A stretch of 64,000 nt of DNA from the human T2T-CHM13v2.0 reference genome, Homo sapiens. Positions within the stretch are counted from its first letter, which is position 1; every line of letters starts with the position of its first letter. A program made the position numbers and the translations under genes. Below the pieces are notes generated by a model, which saw nothing but the letters and a program-made list of their open reading frames with translations, ran no database searches and was not told where the DNA came from. The DNA is taken from assembly GCF_009914755.1 (NCBI RefSeq), contig NC_060926.1. One strand, written 5' to 3'. Shown one piece after another: positions 1 to 10,264 of this stretch.

Positions 1-1210
1 TCTTGTCTGTTACACAGGTGCACATTGATTACTCCTCTGTTTCAGTGAGTTCTTGTCTGTTACGCAGGTACACATTGATTACTCCTCTGTTTCAGTGAGT
101 TCTTGTCTATTACACAGGTGCACATTGATTCTCCTCTGTTTCAGTGAGTTCTTGTCTTTTACACAGGTACACATTGAGTACTCCTCTGTTTCAGTGAGTT
201 GTTGTCTATTACACAGGTGCACATTGATTGCTCCTCTGTTTCAGTGAGTTCTTATCTATTACACAGGTACACGTTGATTGCTCCTCTGTTTCAGTGAGTT
301 CTTGTCTGTTACACAGGTACACATTGATTACTCCTCTGTTGGAGTGAGTTCTTGTCTATTACACAGGTGCACATTGATTACTCCTCTGTTTCAGTGAGTT
401 CTTGTCTGTTACACAGGTACACATTGATTGCGCCTCTGTTTCAGTGAGTTCTTGTCTATTACACAGGTACACATTGATTACTCGTCTGTTACAGTGAGTT
501 CTCGTCTATTACACAGGTACACAGTGATTGCGCCTCTGTTTCAGTGAGTTCTTGTCTATTACACAGGTACACAGTGATTACTCCTCTGTTTCAGTGAGTT
601 CTTGTCTATTACACAGGTACACAGTGATTGCTCCTCTGTTTCAGTGAGTTCTTGTCTGTTACACAGGTACACATTGATTGCTCCTCTGTTTCAGTGAGTT
701 CTTGTCTATTACGTAGGTACACATTGATTGCGCCTCTGTTTCAGTGAGTTCTTGTCTATTACACAGGTACACAGTGATTACTCCTCTGTTTCAGTGAGTT
801 CTTGTCTATTACACAGGTACACAGTGATTACTCCTCTGTTTCAGTGAGTTCTTGTCTATTACACAGGTACACAGTGATTACTCCTCTGTTTCAGTGAGTT
901 CTTGTCTATTAGACAGGTACACATTGATTACTCCTCTGTTTCAGTGAGTTCTTGTGTGTTACACAGGTGCACATTGATTACTCCCGTATTTTAGTGAGTT
1001 CTTGTGTATTACATAAGTGTTGTTGATTGCTCCTCTGTGTCAGTGAGTTCTTGTCTATTTCATAGGTGCACATTGATCACTCCTCTTGTCTATTACACAG
1101 TTGCATATTGATCACTCCTGTTGTCTATTACATAAGTGCACATTGATTACTCCCCTGTTTCAGTGAGTTCTTGTCTATTACTTAGGTGCTCATTGATTGC
1201 TCCTCTCTAT
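1..1210. repeat. Minisatellite/VNTR, 50-bp unit, about 24 copies (cut by the window start)
   Basis: Unit TCTTGTCTRTTACACAGGTRCACAKTGATTRCTCCTCTGTTTCAGTGAGT repeats with period 50 from position 1 and degenerates after about 950. Confidence 0.97.
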
Positions 1211-1816
1211 GAGTGTTTCTGGCTTGCATTTTTCCTGATGAGAAGCATACTGGCATTCTTTTGTTTCCCCCTCTGCATCTCCTGTGTCTTCTCTCTGGCT
1301 GAGTTGAAGATTTCCTCTTTTCTCTAGTTTTAAGCAATTTTTAGTTTTCTTCATGTTCCTTATGCTTGCAACCCACGGAATTTCTTACATCTATGGGTTT
1401 GGAGTTTTCATCGAATTTGGAAAAAGTTTGGCCACGATTTCTTCTCACCTTTTTTCTATCTGCCTTTCTGAGTCCTCTTTCTGAGGGTCTCTAGTTACAT
1501 GTTTATTAGGCTCCATGAGGGTTCCCCACAGCCCAGTGATGCCCTGTGTCTATTTTGAATCCTTTGTCTTTCTGTGTCTCATGCTGTATCTTCAGGTTTC
1601 CCAAATCTTCCTTTCCACAATGGCTAATCTGCTCTTCGTCCCATCCAGTGCAATCTTCATCTCAGACATTGTGGTTTTTACATCTAGAAGTTCAATTTTT
1701 ATCCCTTCTATGTCCTCCATGTCTCTGCTTAGCATATTCAATCTTTCCTTTAGCTTCTTGAATATATGGAACACAGTTCTCATAGCCTCTCATGTCCTTG
1801 TCTAGTCATTACATAA

Positions 1817-1958
1817 TTTTTCTTTCTTTCTTCGTTCTTTCTTTCTTTGCTTTCTTTCTCTTTCTTTCTCTCTTTCTTTCTTCTTTCTCTTTCCCTCCCT
1901 CCCTCTCTTTCTTTCTTTCTTCTTTCTTTCTCTCTCTCTTCCCTTCTCTTCCCTTTTC

Positions 1959-1998
<40 letters not shown>

Positions 1999-2002
1999 TC
2001 GT

Positions 2003-2041
<39 letters not shown>

Positions 2042-2080
2042 CTTTCTTTCTTCTTTTCTTCTTTCTTTCTTTTTTTCTTT
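1817..2080. repeat. (TTTC)n/(TC)n polypyrimidine microsatellite, expanded from the Alu tail
   Basis: About 260 bp of almost pure C/T abutting the 3' end of the antisense Alu. Confidence 0.95.
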
Positions 2081-2383
<303 letters not shown>

Positions 2384-2832
2384 TGATTGGTTGATTTTTC
2401 TCCTTATTATGGGTCATGTTTTCCTGCTTCTTTACCTGCTTGGTCATTTTTGATTGGATGCCACCCATTGTACATTTCACCTTGTGTGTTTCTGTAAATG
2501 TTATTTTTTTATGACACATAGGTAAGTTATTTGGAAGCAGATTGCTCCATTTGGGTCTGATGTTTGAGCTTTGTGAGACGGGACCAGATCAATGTTTAGT
2601 TGGAGGCTAATTTTATCCCACTTTGGAGACATACCCCTTCTGAGGACTCCCTCTGATTCCCTGTGAACTTTGATTTTTCTTTTTCCCACTTTGGCTGCTG
2701 GTAATAGAAACTGTTTCCGGCTCTGTAGGAGCACCACATACTTTTGTTGTTGTTGTTGTTCTCCAAACTTGTCAGATCATAGTTTCTCTAAACCTGCCTT
2801 CTCATGCATATGCTGATTAGTGAAAGACTTAA

Positions 2833-2962
2833 CCCATCTATGCCTGAGGTTGCAATGCTTTGAATTTTTGCAATCAGACCTTGGCGATGACCTTGAGGAG
2901 TAGGATATAAATAAGTCCCACATGTTTAGCATTCCAATAATGGAACACTAGGCATAAATGGG
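2833..2962 (-). mobile_element. MER85 piggyBac-derived MITE
   Basis: 130 bp with TIRs CCCATCTATGCCT / AGGCATAAATGGG. TTAA at 2829-2832 on the left and TTTTAA on the right. Internal ATTCCAATAATGGAAC palindrome. Body matches the MER85 consensus as I recall it. Confidence 0.9.
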
Positions 2963-3834
2963 TTTTAAGGGGGACCCACTGTGGATCTCCAGGGCATGTG
3001 AGCTCTCTCTCTTCCAAAGCTCTCTCCTCCACAGAACCTGCCCCACACAGGTTAGCACCTTGGGCTTCTCGGGCTCTCAGCCCCATCTCCTCAATTCAGA
3101 GAGACCACTGGGCTCCTCCTGGAGCACGGCTTGTAAATTCTCTCCAGGCCATAACCTAAGACAATTATGTGGCTTGATTCATTGATTTCCCATCTCTCAG
3201 GGGTCCCTATCCTTTGTTGCCTGATGTTAAATGTTTTGAAAGTCATTTTTTTCACATATTTTGTCTGATATTTTATTTCATGCAAGAGAATAAATAAAGT
3301 CCCTCTTACTTCACCTTGGCTAGAAGCAGAAATCTGTCCTACTGTTTTAATTTCTATGGATTTGACCTTAGAACCCTTGGGATTACAGATAACAACTTGA
3401 AGGAAGTCCTGAGAAGCAAGCATCTCAAAATTATACACGGAATCAAGTTTAGAAAGTAATAACAGCACAGTGATTATGATATGTTTATTGTGATCAAGAT
3501 AAATCACATTTTATAGTAAATAAACCTTAACATATAAAAACGGGCTATAAAATTAGTTTGGGGGTAAAGAAAATTGGAAACATGTCTTACTAAAATATTA
3601 GAATTAGAACTGGTTAGGAAGAATAACGTATAAATCAACATGCACTCCAGGTTTATAAATAATTACTTTTGGCTGGGCTATTAATATTTATAAAAATTAA
3701 TTTGTTAGCAATTAAATCAAAATGGGTGACATAAAGACCTCACATCTTAAAAATGTTTGCATGAATTGCTTAATTATAATATTCCAGCAGAATGATGGTG
3801 TGATCGAGGTATAAATGAAGAATTAAGATGATGA

Positions 3835-4110
3835 TGAAATGGGGCAGCTGCTATGGAAAACACCAGTGGCTCTTCAAAAAATTAAGCACACAATTACCAG
3901 ATGGTCCAGCAACCCCACTTCTTGATTTATACCCAAAGGAACAAAAAGCAGGGACTCAAAGGGGTATTTGTACATCCTTGTTGGCAGCAGCATTCTTCAT
4001 AATCGCCAAAAGGGGGAGGCAGCCCGAGAGTTCCCTGACAGATGACTGGATAAGCAACTCGTGGTTCGTCCGCACTCTGGAATAGCATCAGCCTTAAGGG
4101 AAGGATTCCC
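3835..4110 (+). mobile_element. L1MB-like 3' fragment
   Basis: GCAGCTGCTATGGAAAAC...TTATACCCAAAGGAACAAAAAGCAGGGACTCAAA...GCAGCATTCTTCATAATCGCCAAAAG is typical of the L1M ORF2 end/3'UTR. Confidence 0.8.
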
Positions 4111-5771
4111 TTTAATTCAGGACAGTTCTGCTCTGCAATAACCATTGGACTGTTTTGTTACGCTAAGTTTTTTTGTCATTGTAAAGCTGAAGCCCTACAA
4201 GTTTTCTCTATGAAATACTCTACTTTGTGCTTAAAAGAAAAAAGCAACAGCTGCCCAGGCTTATGTGTGCTCACGGCTCAGGAGCAACACCCATCTCTGG
4301 AAGAGAATGCTCAGGGGTTGCAGCTGATTCAGGCTTCATCTGAATCCGTAATGAGAAGGTGCTGCCAAGAAAAAGCTCACGGCACCAGCAGAAGTGTGAG
4401 GTCCGGAAGGGAAGGAGAGCGACAGCTCAGCGCGCTTCGTGTCCCTTCCTCTGGCCTCACACAGAGCCTGCGCTGAGTTCCAGGTCCTCACTGTGAAAAA
4501 GAAGCTGCCTGCAGGTGTGTCGGAGGGGAGTGAGTGCGAAAGCCTCGCTGGGCGGGGGAGGTTGCAACCGTGTGGAATGTTCTGCCTGGAAAACTGAGGG
4601 TGTTGGGGGATGAGGCAGGGGCTCTGTTTAAATAGCAGAAGGGTCACAGCAACAAACGGGCTCTCAACAGACAAACTATTTTTAAATCACAAAATAAACA
4701 GAGCGAGAGGGAGGAGATCTTCTCAGAGTAAAAATCCCTTCCACTCTCCCCCTCGGCATAGCTCCCAGGGGACTGGAGGAGCAGGTACTGGGGACAATAG
4801 TGGGTCCTGTCTCGGGATTAATTCCAAATCCAGAAATGCCCCTCTCCTGTGAAGCGTTCAGTGGGCAGAAAGCTGGGGTTGACACAAAGACAGCTGGGCA
4901 CTGTTGCTGCCCTAAAGGTGCTCCTGTTCAGCGGAAGAACTCAGACATCTTTAGGCAGAGTCAGCAACATGTGAGAAGGACTCAAGGAGGGAAGGACAGG
5001 GCGCTGTGATGCTCTGAGGAGGATGAGCCTCTGGTTGGGGTGTGTCGTGGGCTGGGGTGAAAGATGGATTTGTGGGTGCAGGCAAAGACCTGGCTGGAAG
5101 GACAGGAGTTGGGCGCTTGATGGGAAGGTGGAGATGGGAGGAGAATCGTGGGGGCAGGAAAGATAGGCTAGGACCCCCATTAGACCACAGAGGGCTTAAG
5201 GGATGAGATGCGCGCCCTGTGGGAATTTGGGTGGCCTGGCCCCAGCCTCAGACTCAATGAGAAAGCCGATGTGGGAGCCACACACCTCCCCTGAAAGAGG
5301 CGCCTCTCACAGGGTCCCCACAGGCACGGAGGCCCAAGACCTGTCCGTCAAGGGGACAGCCCCACCACCTGCACACCAGGCAGATCCGTAGGGTGGGAGT
5401 GTGTGTCATGGCGGCTCCGTCTCCGGCTGGCTCATGGGCACTGTTGGCTTGTGCAGGACCCTCGGGGCACATGCAATGGCCAGGGAGGACTAGCGGGTCT
5501 GGAAAGGAGGGGCAGCAGGTGACATCACTGACCCCGTCAGCTCAGGGGATGAAACTTCCCTCCAGGGAGCTCGCCCCTCCGGGACCACACTGTTCCTCCT
5601 GTCTCCTGGGGATGGGAGGGACCCCAGCCAGAAGGGTCAGCCACTTCTGCCACTTCTCCTGGCCCTTCTCGCACCCTGGGCAGCCCATGCTTGGCCCCAA
5701 CCTCCCAGCCAGTGCAGGAGACCCGGGAGAGCAGCTCTGTCTTGGACACAGAGACCACTCTCTGCGGGCGG

Positions 5772-6182
5772 TGGGTCAGTCCTGTGGCCACTCTAAGAAA
5801 ATGGCCGCGGCCTGGGTGGCCGACACAGAAACACATTGCCCTGCAGTTCTGGAGGCTGCAAGTCCAAGATCAAGCTATCTGCAGGGCGAGTCCTTCTAAG
5901 GCCATGAGGGAGAATCTGTTCAGGCCTCCCGAGCATCTGGGGCTCGCTGAGGCCTTTGGCTCCTTCATTGTCCTGTGGTTCCCACCTGCATGTCTCTCCA
6001 TGGGGCCATCTTCTCACACAGACACCAGGCACAGGGGGCCAGGGCCCACCATCCTCCAGTGTGACCTCATCTCAACCAATGACATCTGCAAACCTCATTT
6101 CCAAATAAGGCCACATCCTGAGATACTGGGGTTAGGACTTCGACATACGAACTTGGCAGGGGACACAATTCAACACATGACA
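5772..6182 (-). mobile_element. MLT1 (ERVL-MaLR) solo LTR
   Basis: CAGTTCTGGAGGCTGCAAGTCCAAGATCAAG ... ACATCTGCAAACC..TTTCCAAATAAGG ... GGGGACACAATTCAAC. Confidence 0.82.
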
Positions 6183-7080
6183 GGTGGCGTTTCCGGCCTG
6201 GGAACAAGTTGCTGAAGCTTTTTCATCTTTCCTGTCCTCCTGCCACAGAAACCTGTATCCATACCCTTCCTCCACCCTCGCTGCCCGGTCCACTGCCGCC
6301 ATCCCGAGGGAGCCACCTGGCTCTCCCTGCAGAGCGGGTGGGGACACGGGCTGCAGGTAGCAGGCCAGGGTGGCCGTGAGGGGCATTCAGGTGTTCCTAT
6401 CCTTCCCCCTCTGCCATCGACGCTGCATCAGCACCACTTTCCCTCTGTGGAAACCAGGCTGTTTTGTGATGTTTTTGCCTAAAGTTATCCTCCTGGCACG
6501 TAATCTCTTTATAGAAAGGCCAGCAAGCAGGAGATTTTCACATGCTTTTTAAAATAGACTTATTTGCTTCATGATTTCCACAAGCTGCCTATTAGCTCCT
6601 GAGAAAGTGAATATGACAAATGACCTCGCACCTCGTTCCAGGGAGGAGACTCATGCTCCTATCACCTGCTTGCACACAGTACCTGTCACTCAACCTCTGC
6701 TGGCCGAGGCCCTGCCTCCAAGCCTGCTATTTCCTCCAGTAATGCAGGCCCCATCACTTCATTAATGCTCATTACAGAATAAGAGGAATTTCACCTCTGA
6801 CCTTCAGCTCCACCCACCATGGCTATCTTGCCAAATTCTAACTTCAGTCACAGAAACAGCTAACCACCGCCAAAGGGGAGTTCCCGCCCCAGACCCCTTT
6901 ACACTTATGAATACTTCAAAAGATCATAAATGTTTTCAGAAGAAATCACAGCCAATCAAGAAGCCATTTGCAGAGCCCTTGGGTTAAAAGCTTCACACGC
7001 GAATGCCTAGAACAGCCATCCGCCCTCCAAACTCTGTCCCGGATGTGGTGGCCTGGCCAGATGCTGCAGGGGTTCCCTGC

Positions 7081-7432
7081 TGTATTAGTCCATTTTCATG
7101 CTGCTGATAAAGACATATCCAAGACTGGAAAGAAAAAGAGGTTTAATTGGACTTAGAGTTCCACATGGCTGGGGAGGCCTCAGAATCATGGTGGGAGGTG
7201 AAAGGCACTTCTTACATGGCAGTAGCAAGAGAAAATGAGGAAGAGGCAAAAGTGGAAACCCCAATAAACCCATCAGATCTTGTGAGACTTACTCACTATC
7301 ACGAGAATTGCACAGGAAAGACCAGCCCTCATGATTCAATTACCTCCCCCTGGGTCCCTCCCACAACTCATGGGAATTCTGGGAGATACAATTTAAGTTG
7401 AGGTTTAATGGGGACACAGCCAAACCATATCA
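7081..7432 (-). mobile_element. THE1 (THE1C-like) solo LTR with 5-bp TSD
   Basis: TGTATTAGTCCATTTTCATGCTGCTGATAAAGAC...CAGCCAAACCATATCA, flanked by CCTGC at 7076-7080 and 7433-7437. Confidence 0.93.
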
Positions 7433-7917
7433 CCTGCCTTCCTGAGGCCCTGACTCTGTGTCATGGATCTTTCATGCCTGGGCCCCTTGGAGTGTGTTTC
7501 CACAAGGTGTGGACTGCACACACTCCATTGGCTCTCAAGAAAGCTAGTGTTGCCCTGTTTCCTCAAGACAATTTGACCACTCAACAACCAAATCGGCCAC
7601 AGCCCACCAAAGGCCCACAGGGACCTCTGCCATGGTCCCCTCTGGCCACCAGGGTCTGAGAAGCAGACATTGGATTCCCCATCTCAAGGTGCTGCATCTC
7701 CAGTAGGAGCTGGAAAGCCATGAGTTCCTGTTCCAGGGCTCAACAGAAGAGCAGGGAAAGTGACTGAGAGAGCAAAAGAGGACCAGGGCACGTCCTGGAA
7801 GACTTCCTGGAGGAGGCAATCCATGAGAAGGATTCCAATGGGCAGAAAAATATGGGAAGAGATTTGAACAAACATGAGCCAAATAGCAGGGTACCGGACA
7901 TCTCCAGGCTGTTTCAA

Positions 7918-8930
7918 GAATTCATTCCTTTTGATCAGTAAGTCTTTGTTAGTGCTGAGGGCAGGCAGGGCACGATGTCAGTGCTGGGACAGAGGAAACA
8001 GAACAGCCCTAGCCTTGTGGAGTCCATGCCTTGTGAAAAGAGACTGTAGGCAGGTTAATAAGTAACCAGTCGGAATAAGTTGTGAGGCACCGAGGCCTTG
8101 GGACCTGGAACACTGGGGTGGGAGATCTTCCTGAGACAGGTGGTTGTGGGGCGGCGTCTGCAGGGTAACTCACAGCAGAGACCCCCAGGGTGGGAGGTGG
8201 CAGCGTGGCCCAGGGAGAGCCAGGCCCTGAGTCAGGGCTGGAGTCCAGAGAGAGGGGATGGAGTGAGCGGGAGCTGGGTTTTACGAACTCCCGTTGGAGG
8301 AAAAGAATGCGGCTATACTCACAGTGTGGTGGGACACCGGTGGAGGGTCTTGAACACAGGAGTGGTGCAATCCTGGTTGAGTTTTGGGGGTCACCCCCGT
8401 TGCAATGGGTGTGGAGCAAGCTCTGTAGCAGGACGATCAGCAGCAGTTTAGTTGCCCCCCAGAGGCCGGATTGGACAGGCTGGATGGGAGCAAGTGTGCT
8501 TGGTGTGGAGAGAAGCAGTGGGACTCGAGATATCTGGAGGGGAAATGGGCGGGACTGGGCACCGGCTGGAGGTAGGCATGAGAAAGAAGGATAACTCGGC
8601 TGCCTTCCCAGTTCCTGTTCTGAGCAGCTGGATGGCGTGTGGACCTGGAGTGGTGCAGTCACAGGCACATCGAGAGCGAGAGGCAATGCAAGTGGAAATG
8701 CCAAAGCAACAGAGGGATGCAGCAGGTGACAAGCTGGGCAACCCGGAGTTACCTGGGGCCTGTCGAGTAAGCCCTGAGGAAGGCGGCTGCTCATGAGAAG
8801 GGGAGTGGCCAGAGAGCAGGGCGGGGAGCCTGGGTGCGGTGGGGACAGACAGCGGGTAGGGGGGCCCGGATGCAGTGGGGAAGGGGAGATGTCGGCTGAC
8901 TCAAGTCACTGTTAAAAGTCATGGAACACC
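7918..8930 (-). mobile_element. L2 LINE relic
   Basis: Antisense L2 3'-end-like sequence (TTCATTC...GTGCTGGGACAG...GCCTTGTGGAG) followed by degenerate L2 body motifs. Highly diverged. Confidence 0.55.
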
Positions 8931-9094
8931 TCTCAATACAAACGAGCCTTTCTCCAGGGTGCACACCTCTCTGCAGCCGCCCAGAGAGCCACACTGCAGC
9001 CTGCTTCTCCTCACCTGGAGGCTGGAGTCCGTTCCCAAATTTGCTCCCAATTCCTGTAAACCTGGGTAGGTTCAGGTGCTAAGAGGAAAAATCC

Positions 9095-10264
9095 CAGCAT
9101 AGAAAGAGGAAGGACGTTTGTCAGAGAAGTCACTGAGCATGGAAAGAGGAAGGACGTTTGTCAGAGAAGTCACTGAGCATGGAAAGAGGAAGGACGTTTG
9201 TCAGAGAAGTCACTGAGCATGGAAAGAGGAAGGACGTTTGTCAGAGAAGTCACTCAGCATGGAAAGAGGAAGGATGTTTGTCAGACAAGTCACTCAGCAT
9301 GGAAAGAGGAAGGACGTTTGTCAGAGAAGTCACTCAGCATGGAAAGGGGACGGATGTTTGTCAGAGAAGTCACTCAGCATGGAAAGGGGAAGGACGTTTG
9401 TCAGAGAAGTCACTCAGCATGGAAAGGGGAAGGACGTTTGTCAGAGAAGTCACTCAGCATGGAAAGAGGACGGACGTTTGTCAGAGAAGTCACTCAGCAT
9501 GGAAAGAGGAAGGACGTTTGTCAGAGAAGTCACTCAGCATGGAAAGAGGAAGGACGTTTGTCAGAGAAGTCACTCAGCATGGAAAGAAGAAGGACGTTTG
9601 TCAGAGAAGTCACTGAGCATGGAAAGAGGAAGGACGTTTGTCAGAGAAGTCACTCAGCATGGAAAGAGGAAGGACGTTTGTCAGAGAAGTCACTCAGCAT
9701 GGAAAGAGGAAGGACGTTTGTCAGAGAAGTCACTCAGCATGGAAAGGGGAAGGACGTTTGTCAGAGAAGTCACTCAGCATGGAAAGGGGAAGGACGTTTG
9801 TCAGAGAAGTCACTGAGCATGGAAAGAGGAAGGACGTTTGTCAGAGAAGTCACTCAGCATGGAAAGGGGAAGGACGTTTGTCAGAGAAGTCACTCAGCAT
9901 GGAAAGAGGAAGGACGTTTGTCAGAGAAGTCACTGAGCATGGAAAGAGGAAGGACGTTTGTCAGAGAAGTCACTCAGCATGGAAAGAGGAAGGACGTTTG
10001 TCAGAGAAGTCACTCAGCATGGAAAGGGGAAGGACGTTTGTCAGAGAAGTCACTCAGCATGGAAAGGGGAAGGACGTTTGTCAGAGAAGTCACTCAGCAT
10101 GGAAAGAGGAAGGACGTTTGTCAGAGAAGTCACTCAGCATGGAAAGAGGATGGACGTTTGTCAGAGAAGTCACTGAGCATGGAAAGGGGAAGGACGTTTG
10201 TCAGAGAAGTCACTGAGCATGGAAAGAGGAAGGACGTTGGTCAGAGAAGTCACTCAGCATGGAA
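9095..10264. repeat. Minisatellite/VNTR, 40-bp unit, about 29 near-identical copies
   Basis: Unit GGAAAGRGGAAGGACGTTTGTCAGAGAAGTCACTSAGCAT with exact period 40 from 9101 to 10260. Confidence 0.98.

Noticed and set aside
7161-7180. PRDM9 hotspot motif in the THE1 LTR
   Set aside because: The minus strand reads CCTCCCCAGCCAT, mismatching CCNCCNTNNCCNC at positions 7 and 13 (the non-hot variant).
8009-8796. 261-aa minus ORF and overlapping plus ORFs
   Set aside because: They lie in a GC-rich L2 relic, open frames overlap on both strands, and no domain is recognisable.
9095-10264. CRISPR-like appearance of the regular arrays (also 1-1210 and 27125-28290)
   Set aside because: Units are head-to-tail with no unique spacers, there are no cas genes, and the context is primate DNA.
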